From: Fidelibacterota bacterium
GTDB lineage: Bacteria > Fidelibacterota > Marinisomatia > Marinisomatales > TCS56
Assembly: GCA_043822705.1 (NCBI GenBank)
Contig: JBDRBK010000037.1
Span: forward strand, 1 to 24,865
Reading direction: 5' to 3'
DNA: 24,865 bases
Within the stretch, counting starts at the first letter, position 1, and every line of letters begins with the position of its first letter. Shown piece after piece: positions 16,873 through 24,865 of the stretch. A program made the position numbers and the translations under genes. The notes below the pieces were generated by a model, which worked only from the letters and a program-made list of their open reading frames with translations, did not search any database and was not told the origin of the DNA.

Positions 16873-18093
16873 ATGCGCAGATTTATTAAACTGGCAACTC
16901 CGATTAGCATATTTCTTACTATGGTTTTCAGTCAGACCACAATCGCTGTCATAGATTTCGATGCTCGTGGAATTTCCCCAGACGAAGTTTCCACCTTAAC
17001 TGATCGTTTTCGAGATGAACTGACCAAATCAAATAAATACTCAGTAATTGAAAGAAGTAAAATGGAGGAAATCCTGAAAGAACAAGGTTTCCAACAGTTT
17101 GGATGTGCTTCTGATGAATGTGTTGTAGAAGTTGGTCAATTAATTGGTGTTCAGCAAATAGTGGGCGGCAGTATCGGAAAGATAGGTAATGTCTATTCTG
17201 TATCAGCTCGGATTATTGATGTCCAATCTGGTAAAATTATCAATGCTACAAATTATGATCATATGGGTGATATTGAGGAGTTATTGACCGTCGGTATGAG
17301 AAATGCTGCACAGCAATTGATATCTGATTTTACCAGTTTTCCTCTCAGTACAAAATCTGAGCAAACAGACTTGGATAAAGATATAAACGGTAACATACAC
17401 CCAACGATTAAAATAGGTAACCAAGACTCGATAGCGGCAAACCTGAAAGGGACCCACCATCAAAAGGGCGACCTGTGCCTGAAAACAGCGTTTTGTGGCG
17501 GTTTCGGATTTGAATCATTCGATCTGTTCACGACCGACGAGGATGATATCGTCACTCTGAGTCCCGGCGGCGGCGGCGGATTCCATTTCTTCCTGGATTA
17601 CTACCTGACTGACCGGCTCCTTGGCGAAATCGGGATTGGTTACCAGGAAAGCATGCTGTCGCAGGAATTGAGCAACGCTGATGGTTTTTTCGACCGTTTA
17701 ATAGTGACAGCCGGTTGTCACTATCGGATACCGGTTACAAAAAACGGCTATTTACTGACTGGAGGTGGCATCGGTTATTATACTGAAGGTGTTTTTGACG
17801 TTGACGCCGCCAAGCTGGAAGATGGCGCACACAATATTTATTATTATTCCTCCGCCCTTGGTTTGCACCTGCAGGTCGATTATGGACAGCCACTGCCGAC
17901 AATTACCTGGTTGGCCCGGAAATGGGATTGGAATATTGGTCTGCGTGTGTCAATGGTGAATTATGACCTTGATTATGCCACGACTAACGGGAATAGAATA
18001 GCCATCGATGAGATGTCTGATGAAGTGCTCCGGGATATGAAAACGCTAAACGGTGGCGGTGTCGATATACTATTTTCACTGATTGCCCGCTAG
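16873..18093 (+). CDS. Exported chimeric protein: CsgG/FlgO-like N-domain, degenerate FISUMP stub, outer-membrane beta-barrel-like C-domain
   Basis: Signal peptide; IAVIDF...VIERSKMEEILKEQGFQQFGC..ECVVEVGQLIGV...SARIIDVQSGKI; C-half has alternating Gly/aromatic beta strands. Confidence 0.75.
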   Translation: MRRFIKLATPISIFLTMVFSQTTIAVIDFDARGISPDEVSTLTDRFRDELTKSNKYSVIERSKMEEILKEQGFQQFGCASDECVVEVGQLIGVQQIVGGSIGKIGNVYSVSARIIDVQSGKIINATNYDHMGDIEELLTVGMRNAAQQLISDFTSFPLSTKSEQTDLDKDINGNIHPTIKIGNQDSIAANLKGTHHQKGDLCLKTAFCGGFGFESFDLFTTDEDDIVTLSPGGGGGFHFFLDYYLTDRLLGEIGIGYQESMLSQELSNADGFFDRLIVTAGCHYRIPVTKNGYLLTGGGIGYYTEGVFDVDAAKLEDGAHNIYYYSSALGLHLQVDYGQPLPTITWLARKWDWNIGLRVSMVNYDLDYATTNGNRIAIDEMSDEVLRDMKTLNGGGVDILFSLIAR

Positions 18094-18191
18094 AACAGCT
18101 TTTAATGTGGACCGCTATTACGGACTAATTCAGTGAGGAGAAGTGATGATTTGTAAAGGAATGAAAAACCGGTTCGGTGATGATTAACTGT

Positions 18192-18235
18192 TGGCACGAT
18201 CATTGATAAAAATTATATATGGCATTACATTTGCG
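18192..18235 (+). promoter_or_regulatory. Two tandem sigma-54 (-24/-12)-like promoters
   Basis: TGGCACG-atca-TTGAT (18192-18207) and TGGCATT-acat-TTGCG (18220-18235, exact GG-N10-GC). Confidence 0.5.
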
Positions 18236-18276
18236 CTAACAAATTAAAAGTAATACAGTAATCAGCGGAGGATGAC

Positions 18277-19764
18277 ATGATTAATCGCTATTTTGTGATA
18301 AAACTATTTGTTTTTATTCTAGTCTCAAGTGCATTGATTACGACTGGCCATGCCCGGACCGTCCTGCGATGGATCGAACCAGATTTGACAGTCGAACCGG
18401 AAGAAGCGGAAATTATAGTCGGCGATACAATCCGGTTTCAGGCAATCTACACCGATACCAGCGGCGCAGTCAGTGATACAATGGCCGAATGGTCGGTGAC
18501 TCCTGATTCACTTGGCACAATTACCGCCGGCGGACTTTTCCGCGGCACAGCGCCGGGTGAATGTATCGTGGAGGCCCTGTTAGATACTTTATATGCCTGG
18601 GTACCGATAAAAATTGAATCCCAGTCCGAGGATGATACGGCCAGCGGTGCTTATTCCGAGCTGGTAATTCTACCGAGCGATACGGTAATCGCCAGCGGCG
18701 ACTCGGTCCGCTTCAGCGCATATTATCGCAGTGAAAATGGTGAAGTGGGCGCCGCGGTCGACTCGCCGCTGAACTGGAGCATTTTGGGCATGCCGGTCGG
18801 CATGATCGATTCGACCGGCCTATTCCGAGCCGGCGATCCCGGCTATGGTCTGGTCCAAGCGAATAGCGAGCAACAATGCGGAATCAGTCTGATTTTTGTA
18901 GTCGATTCAATCAATGATCCGTCGGGAAATAACACAATTACGATAACCAGGGACAGTCCCAATCCCAATGGCTATTCGGTCATGCAAACGTTGACTGAAG
19001 GTGAATTATGGCATATCGGCGGGTTGCCACATCCGATGTCGGTTCTGAATGGTGGCTGGGTTTTCTTTCCCCCGGGAGCCATTTCCGAGGATATCCGGAT
19101 TCATATCAGTTTGCCGTGGTTCGCCCGTGTATTGACTGACAGCGTAGCCTGGGATCCAAAGGGAGTAATCGGTGGTGTCAGTTTCGATGTTATGGTGAAT
19201 GACACAATTGTCGAACCGTATGAATTTGATGTTCCACTGATCGTTGGTCTGATATACAAACGGGGCTTATTGAAGAACCTCGGAATCGATCCCGGAACTT
19301 TGAGTTTGTACTTTGCTGATTGGGAAGACGACAGCACTGTTTTCGATCCCAGCGGAATTACCGATGTAACAGTAGACACATTGTTGAACCGGATATTTTC
19401 CAGCGTCGCCCATTTTAGTACACTGGCCATTGCCGGAGTTGAGGGCAGCGTTTTAAGCGTACCGGAAATCAGCAGGGACCTGCCATCGAGTTTCCGGTTG
19501 CTGGCAAATTACCCCAATCCATTTAATCCGACTACCACCGTCAGTTACTATTTGCGGGAGCAGTTGCCGGTTCGGATGATGATTTACAATCTGCTGGGAC
19601 AGGAAATCAAGATTCTGGTTGATGAAACCAGGCCGGCGGGCGACAATACAATCATTTGGAATGGCCGGGATGCCAACGGTGCGCCGGTCAGCACCGGAAT
19701 CTATATCTGTCAAATGCGGGTCGGCGGGTTCACCGATTCACGAAAAATGTTGCTTTTGAAATAG
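18277..19764 (+). CDS. Secreted Ig-like repeat protein with T9SS type A/FlgD-Ig C-terminal sorting domain
   Basis: GGAGG RBS; signal peptide; two Big_2-like repeats (WSV...GTITAGGLF, WSI...GMIDSTGLF); VAHFS; NYPNPFNP...YNLLGQ...WNGRD...STGIYI...RKMLLLK. Confidence 0.85.
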   Translation: MINRYFVIKLFVFILVSSALITTGHARTVLRWIEPDLTVEPEEAEIIVGDTIRFQAIYTDTSGAVSDTMAEWSVTPDSLGTITAGGLFRGTAPGECIVEALLDTLYAWVPIKIESQSEDDTASGAYSELVILPSDTVIASGDSVRFSAYYRSENGEVGAAVDSPLNWSILGMPVGMIDSTGLFRAGDPGYGLVQANSEQQCGISLIFVVDSINDPSGNNTITITRDSPNPNGYSVMQTLTEGELWHIGGLPHPMSVLNGGWVFFPPGAISEDIRIHISLPWFARVLTDSVAWDPKGVIGGVSFDVMVNDTIVEPYEFDVPLIVGLIYKRGLLKNLGIDPGTLSLYFADWEDDSTVFDPSGITDVTVDTLLNRIFSSVAHFSTLAIAGVEGSVLSVPEISRDLPSSFRLLANYPNPFNPTTTVSYYLREQLPVRMMIYNLLGQEIKILVDETRPAGDNTIIWNGRDANGAPVSTGIYICQMRVGGFTDSRKMLLLK

Positions 19765-19767
19765 GAT

Positions 19768-19815
19768 AAAAATCCGGGTTTGGGGCAGGGCAGACCTGCC
19801 CCGGACTATCCGGAT
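19768..19815. terminator. GC-rich hairpin after the cargo gene, terminator candidate
   Basis: GGGGCAGG/CCTGCCCC core (19782-19789/19795-19802) extended by ATCCGG/CCGGAT; A-run on the left, no U-tail on the + strand. Confidence 0.45.
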
Positions 19816-19997
19816 AGCATTGCCTTAGCCAGTCGTTGGTTCGTAGGTCGGGAGCGGTTTGAACCTGTGCCGGTTAGTACTATAAAATCAGTGCAACAGC
19901 TGTTTAATCTATTTTGAATATATGGTTTGATATTATTAAGTTAAAATCCTGAAGGAAGCTACCTCAACAATATTGCGAACAATCATTGGGGAATTAC

Positions 19998-20405
19998 ATG
20001 ACACAGGATCTTGGTGAATTAATTCAATCGGGCAATCAGAAGCAACCCGAAGCCGGTACGCTAAATGTTGGTAAAGGGGTAGTAATCTCTGGTGAAATAA
20101 AAAATTGTAATGTATTGAAACTGGACGGTACTATCGAGGGCAACATCGACAGTATTGAAAATTTAATGGTCCAGGCCGACGGAAAATTCATTGGATCGGC
20201 GACGGTCGGCAATGCCCAGATAAGTGGTATGGTAACCGGGGATATCACAGTCAACCAGAGATTGACAATCGCGCCTACCGGCGTCGTCGACGGCAAGATC
20301 AGATATAACGAACTGGAAATAGGTCGCGGCGGCACTCTGATCGGGAAAATCAGCAGAATTGTTCCCAGTAATAAAATAGCGTTTAAAGACAATAAAAAGA
20401 AATAA
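19998..20405 (+). CDS. Bactofilin (polymer-forming cytoskeletal protein)
   Basis: VGKGVVISGEI...LKLDGTIEGNI...ISGMVTGDI...VDGKIRYNELEIGRGGTLIGKI beta-helix repeats. Confidence 0.9.
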   Translation: MTQDLGELIQSGNQKQPEAGTLNVGKGVVISGEIKNCNVLKLDGTIEGNIDSIENLMVQADGKFIGSATVGNAQISGMVTGDITVNQRLTIAPTGVVDGKIRYNELEIGRGGTLIGKISRIVPSNKIAFKDNKKK

Positions 20406-20673
20406 CACCCGAGCTGTATTGGATTGCTACCAGCGCCGATGACTGGCTTTCAGCGGCTGGCAATTATGGGTGATTCGATCAAGCAATCGAAGATTCTGAG
20501 TTTTGCCGTACTATTCTGTAGTTAATCAGATAAATACATGCTAAGTTCGCGCAGTAGTCTAATGTAAAACTACGGATTTAGGCAGTACCACAACAATTCT
20601 ATTGAAAGCGGCAATATCCTTTATCCCCCCAATACTTTGGACAACAATTAGTAAAACCTATAATGGAGTAGAA

Positions 20674-20883
20674 ATGTCTCAGCGTGAAATTGGCACAGTA
20701 AAATGGTTCAACGATAAAAAAGGCTTTGGCTTTATCAAACGTGAAAGAGGCGAAGATCTTTTCGTCCATTTCAATTCGGTCGAGGGCTCCGGTTTCCGGA
20801 CCTTGAAAGAAAATGATCAAGTTGAATTCGAGGTAGTCGAGACCCCCAAAGGGCAGGCCGCCGCCAACGTTAGACCAGTATAA
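20674..20883 (+). CDS. Cold-shock protein (CspA family)
   Basis: [15 protein letters not shown] and LFVHF RNP motifs; GGAG RBS. Confidence 0.95.
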   Translation: MSQREIGTVKWFNDKKGFGFIKRERGEDLFVHFNSVEGSGFRTLKENDQVEFEVVETPKGQAAANVRPV

Positions 20884-20933
20884 TTAACTGTGTCGACGGA
20901 CGCTAACTGATTTGATCGGTTAGAGTCGAAATT

Positions 20934-20965
20934 AAAGAAAGGTCCTTCGGGGCCTTTTCTTTTTT
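20934..20965 (+). terminator. Intrinsic terminator
   Basis: AAAGAAAGGTCC-TTCG-GGGCCTTTTCTTTTTT. Confidence 0.85.
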
Positions 20966-21086
20966 ATATAATCACGTCTGAAAATTTTACCCTGTCAGTC
21001 TCAGCTAAATAATTCTTCCGGTCTGGCATTTGAGTCCGGCTGATAATATATTCCGCCCAACACACGTACAAACAATGGGAGGTTAC

Positions 21087-21296
21087 ATGAAATGCAATAT
21101 CGGTAAAACCGATCGGTTGATTCGGATCATAGTGGGGTTGGCGATCCTGATTCCCCACTATATTTATTATCTGGCCACCGATTACTACTGCGTCTGGGCC
21201 AACCTGGGATATATACCATTGCTGACCGGCCTTTTCAAATGGTGTCCTCTGTACCTGCCCTTCAAAATAAATACCGCCAAGTCGGAGACCGAATAA
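21087..21296 (+). CDS. DUF2892 (YgaP-like) small membrane protein
   Basis: MKCNIGKTDRLIRIIVG...LLTGLFKWCPLYLPFKINT signature; GGAGG RBS. Confidence 0.85.
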   Translation: MKCNIGKTDRLIRIIVGLAILIPHYIYYLATDYYCVWANLGYIPLLTGLFKWCPLYLPFKINTAKSETE

Positions 21297-21337
21297 TCCG
21301 GCCTGATTCGGAAAGAATATAGGCCATCAGCTACATC

Positions 21338-21364
21338 GCCCGGGTATCTCCCGGGCTTTTTATT
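21338..21364 (+). terminator. Intrinsic terminator
   Basis: GCCCGGG-tatct-CCCGGGC followed by TTTTTATT. Confidence 0.75.
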
Positions 21365-21498
21365 CCTGGAACCGACCCGATTCGATCATCGGAAATATAT
21401 TCTGGCAACCAAACCAGGTGCCGATTGTCAGTGGTTATAGAGTATTGAAGTGACGATTAAACCATTATAATACCAAGTACATATTTCCGGGAGGAACT

Positions 21499-23412
21499 AT
21501 GACACGCGCTAGCTTTGGCTTTAAATTACCGGCCGTCCTGATAATTCTAATGCTGGTAACGACCGTATTACCGAGTCAGCCAGGACCCGGGTACCATTAT
21601 CAGGTCGACCTGACCCGGGTGGAGAACGATCGTATCCAGGTAGTGTTGGAGGCCGGTGATTTTGCCGCGGAAAACCTGGTGTTCCGCTTTACCCGGGTGA
21701 TTCCCGGGACCTATCGCATTTTGGATTACAGTCATTTCGTGAGCGATTTCTCGGCGGTGGATCACCAGGGACAGCCGATTGCCGTCAAACGGCGGAAAAA
21801 TTCGTTTTACCTCAGTAATGCCAAAGAGCTGGCGCGGATTTCTTACCGGGTCGATGATACCTGGGATAAGAAACGCAATCGCGGTAAAATACATCCGGCG
21901 GCGGGAACCAATTTTGATGAAGGTCGGCATTTTATGTTCGGTCCCGCCGGAATTTTCGGCTACTTTGCCGGTCAGGAAAAAGTGCCGGTCGATCTGACAG
22001 TTACTCTACCAGAAGGTTTTATCGGCGTCAGCGGATTGACGGCGGAAAAAATCGCGTCGGACAAGTTGCGCTATCGAACCGCTGATTTCCATGAACTGGT
22101 GGATTCGCCGATCATGTTTGCCCGGCCCGATACGATCGCTTTTAATGTTGGCAATACCAGTGCAATGATCGGCGTTGGTCATGCCCTGGATTCCTGTGGA
22201 TACGCTGAAAAGTTATATGCCAATATGTCCGTTGCCATGGATGCCATCGCCACGTTCCTGGACACCTTGCCGGCGGATAATTATACGTTCATTGTCTATT
22301 TTGATGATGCCCGGGAACTCGGAAAGATCGAAAGTACGCCCCGGTTCCGACTGATCAAAATGGCCGGCTATCTGATCCGAAACGGTTTCCCGCCAATCGG
22401 GGCGCTGGAGCATAACAAGTCTTCCTTTTTCTACATCATTGATCCCGGTGATGCTTTCCTGGATCAAATTATGGAATTGATGTCTTATGGCACGATCCAT
22501 GAATTCATGCATATAATTACTCCACTGAATCTGCACAGCCAGTTGATCGCCGATTATGACTACGAAAACCCGGTGATGTCAAAGCATCTGTGGCTGTACG
22601 AAGGCGTGACCGATTATTTTGCCGACCTGTTGCAGGTCCGAAGCGGAATGAAATCACCGATGGAATACCTGTCACAGGATGTCCGTACAAAACTCCGCAA
22701 AGGTGAGAAATTTCCCTACGAGGAAATGTCCTTCACCGAAATGAGCGCCAATATCCTGGAAAAGAAATACCAGAAACAATTCGGACAGGTTTACAAGCGC
22801 GGGACAATCCTGGGCATGCTGCTGGATCTGGAAATCATCCGGCTGACCGGTGGCGAAAAAACCCTGATCGACGTGATCATGGATTTATCGACGGACTACG
22901 GCCCGGATCGGCCGTTCGACGAGGCCACCTTCATCGCCGAATTTGTGGACCGCGTGCATCCCGACCTGCAGCTTTTCTTTGATCGTTATGTCGCAGGGCG
23001 GGAGAAAATACCGTACCAGCAATTTTTCAGCACGGTGGGAGTGGTGTACGAGGAATCAATCAGCGAACCGCACCCGCGTCACCTGATCAATGAAAATGAT
23101 GTGAAAGCCAGCTCGTTCGGTTTCAATCAAATCCTGATCAAGAAAGTCGGCAAGGATGATTTTGTCGGTTTCAGAAAAGGTGACCTGTTGAACGATAATC
23201 TCTATCATCGGCTCTGCAAGGATGATTATGGTAATTATCTGCCGGAGGGAACGGAAATCAGCGTGCCGGTACAGCGGGATGGCGAACCGATCGAACTGAC
23301 TGCGGCGCTTAAATATGTGGATGGTACCACCAGCTATAAACTATCGATCGATCCGAATATGAGCCCCGAACAGAGCAGGAATTACCGGGTCTGGCTGGGG
23401 ATACCGGACTGA
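21499..23412 (+). CDS. M61 glycyl aminopeptidase-family metallopeptidase
   Basis: Signal peptide; IPGTY, LVDSPI, GALEH; zinc motif HEFMH and LWLYEGVTDY; GGAGG RBS. Confidence 0.9.
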   Translation: MTRASFGFKLPAVLIILMLVTTVLPSQPGPGYHYQVDLTRVENDRIQVVLEAGDFAAENLVFRFTRVIPGTYRILDYSHFVSDFSAVDHQGQPIAVKRRKNSFYLSNAKELARISYRVDDTWDKKRNRGKIHPAAGTNFDEGRHFMFGPAGIFGYFAGQEKVPVDLTVTLPEGFIGVSGLTAEKIASDKLRYRTADFHELVDSPIMFARPDTIAFNVGNTSAMIGVGHALDSCGYAEKLYANMSVAMDAIATFLDTLPADNYTFIVYFDDARELGKIESTPRFRLIKMAGYLIRNGFPPIGALEHNKSSFFYIIDPGDAFLDQIMELMSYGTIHEFMHIITPLNLHSQLIADYDYENPVMSKHLWLYEGVTDYFADLLQVRSGMKSPMEYLSQDVRTKLRKGEKFPYEEMSFTEMSANILEKKYQKQFGQVYKRGTILGMLLDLEIIRLTGGEKTLIDVIMDLSTDYGPDRPFDEATFIAEFVDRVHPDLQLFFDRYVAGREKIPYQQFFSTVGVVYEESISEPHPRHLINENDVKASSFGFNQILIKKVGKDDFVGFRKGDLLNDNLYHRLCKDDYGNYLPEGTEISVPVQRDGEPIELTAALKYVDGTTSYKLSIDPNMSPEQSRNYRVWLGIPD

Positions 23413-23561
23413 CCTGTCAATCAGCAGGTCTTTCCGCCGCATCGAAATAAATCGTCTGTTTACTCGGGTTGCCGGACGGCCTAATTTCCGTTCAGTCGCG
23501 ACTTGATTTGGCAGGCGATTTATTATTATCCCCAGATTGAGCGCCATCGATGGAGAAACCG

Positions 23562-24458
23562 ATGTCATTGATCCGGAACAGCGTTTTATCGTTGCTGCTG
23601 CTGGCACTGCTGCCGGGGCAGAATCTCAGACCCTATATCCTGATTGCGGAAACCGAGTGGGCGGTACCGGAAATCGCCGCTGCCTTGAAAGCCGGTCTGC
23701 AGCGGAATAATTTCCAGGTCCTGGGGGAGTATCAACCGGCCCGGGACGTCGACCGCTGGGTCGTAGTCATCACCGCGCCGGAGCTGCTGGCGGCGGTCGG
23801 CGAGGTGGGCGGCCTGACCGGGTTTGCGATGGCGCTGCGAATCGGTATCACCCGTGAAGCAGATCTTACCCAGATCACCTGTGTCAATCCGCTCTACCAG
23901 GGTAATGCCTATTTTCAAGGCGATTATCCACTGGTCGAGGAATATTACACTGCTTTTTATCAACGGTTGAAGACCGCGCTGCAGGACCTTGGCATCCGCA
24001 AATGGAGTGAATTTGGGTCAGAAGATGGCCTTACCGCCGACCGCTTGCGGAAATATCATTACATGCTGGGTATGGAATATTTTAACGACGTGGTTAAACT
24101 GAACACGCTGGATGATTTCGCGTCGGCGGTTCAAACCGTCGAATCCAACGAAAGTCTCAGCGAGAATGTAGAGATTATCTACTCGATCGCCCTGGCCGGG
24201 CAGGAATTAAAGTTGTATGGAATCGCCCTGTCCGGCGACCTGGGTGAGGATGCCTTTCTGCCGGTGATCGATACCGGCACGCCCCGGCACACGGCCTTTC
24301 TGCCCTACGAAATTCTGATCAGCGGAGCGGATGTTTTCATGCTGCACGGCCGCTACCGGATCGCCCTGGCCTTCCCCGACCTGACGATGATGACCTTCGG
24401 CAAAATCATGACCACCCCCGGCGATATCGAAGACCTGCTGCGGCAACTGGCCCGCTGA
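23562..24458 (+). CDS. Exported hypothetical protein
   Basis: GGAG at 23552-23555 before ATG 23562; signal-like LSLLLLALL; long ORF with host-like codon usage. Confidence 0.75.
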   Translation: MSLIRNSVLSLLLLALLPGQNLRPYILIAETEWAVPEIAAALKAGLQRNNFQVLGEYQPARDVDRWVVVITAPELLAAVGEVGGLTGFAMALRIGITREADLTQITCVNPLYQGNAYFQGDYPLVEEYYTAFYQRLKTALQDLGIRKWSEFGSEDGLTADRLRKYHYMLGMEYFNDVVKLNTLDDFASAVQTVESNESLSENVEIIYSIALAGQELKLYGIALSGDLGEDAFLPVIDTGTPRHTAFLPYEILISGADVFMLHGRYRIALAFPDLTMMTFGKIMTTPGDIEDLLRQLAR

Positions 24459-24512
24459 GAACCGCCGGACTGAGTTGTAACCGCTAATTATTCACCGAAC
24501 ACTACCAGTGAA

Positions 24513-24865
24513 ATGGAATCTGTCTTGAACTGGAAACACTTGTTTAATACGACCCGACTGGGTAAGGAAAGCGGCAGTTACGCCGCCAGCGAAGACTCCC
24601 GCAACCATTTTGCCCGGGATTTCGACCGGATCATTTTTTCGACGCCGTTCCGGCGGATGCAGGCCAAGACCCAGGTGGTGCCGCTGCCGGGAATGGACTT
24701 TATTCACACCCGCCTGACCCACAGCCTGGAAGCCTCCAGTATCGGCCGTTCGATCGGCCGCCTAGTGGGACTGGCACTGGTGGAAAAAGATTCGGAGTAT
24801 TTCCGCTCGATCGGCATCCGCCCGGCCGACTTCGAGTCGGTGATCGCCGCCGCCTGCATCGCCCA
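24513..24865 (+). CDS. dgt: dGTP triphosphohydrolase (HD family), 5' part; truncated by the window end
   Basis: Own translation: RNHFARDFDRIIFSTPFRRMQAKTQV...HTRLTHSLE...AACIA; start at ATG 24513 or TTG 24525. Confidence 0.9.
   Translation, partial: MESVLNWKHLFNTTRLGKESGSYAASEDSRNHFARDFDRIIFSTPFRRMQAKTQVVPLPGMDFIHTRLTHSLEASSIGRSIGRLVGLALVEKDSEYFRSIGIRPADFESVIAAACIA

Noticed and set aside
16694..16954. 86-aa ORF or GIY-YIG remnant next to the REP-like element
   Set aside because: Overlaps the real gene start, has no SD and no convincing GIY-YIG motif
17380..17472. Diversity-generating retroelement acting on the FISUMP stub
   Set aside because: No reverse transcriptase or template/variable repeat pair, and the changes are not adenine-specific
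11893..20405. M23 peptidase-bactofilin cell-shape module
   Set aside because: Such pairs are known, but here the genes are ~7 kb apart in different transcription units
20900..20926. attC site (GCTAAC...GTTAGAG)
   Set aside because: The boxes are only 11 nt apart, far shorter than an attC, with no L boxes
24513..24865. Anti-phage dGTPase
   Set aside because: Host-like composition and a non-island context fit housekeeping dgt; the gene is truncated by the window

Overview
Bacterial chromosomal window, probably from a non-Bacteroidota FCB-group lineage such as Marinisomatota, KSB1 or Calditrichota (inference from the PorU sortase, FlgD-type sorting tails and short RpoD-family sigma factor). 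(1) ~1-4860: AT-rich accessory block with no integrase in view, carrying a decayed ORF, a Fic AMPylase, an McrA-like HNH nuclease, a membrane-anchored unknown protein, a helically phased 10-bp repeat tract and an FRG protein. A promoter-linked candidate structured sRNA sits at its right edge. (2) 5028-16558: GC-richer core, with porU-maf-rodZ on the minus strand, then a coiled-coil protein, sigma-70, M23 peptidase, miaB, lapA, lapB-like, SPOR protein and tRNA-Sec on the plus strand. (3) 16560-24865: a REP-like palindrome, a chimeric CsgG-like/FISUMP-stub/beta-barrel gene, a T9SS-type cargo protein behind tandem sigma-54-like promoters, bactofilin, a cold-shock protein, DUF2892, an M61 aminopeptidase, an unknown exported protein and the 5' part of dGTPase. 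The best leads are the candidate defence cluster with its phased-repeat element, the 4899-4983 RNA-like structure, the non-canonical tRNA-Sec and the chimeric gene. All family calls come from motif recognition by eye; no searches were run.
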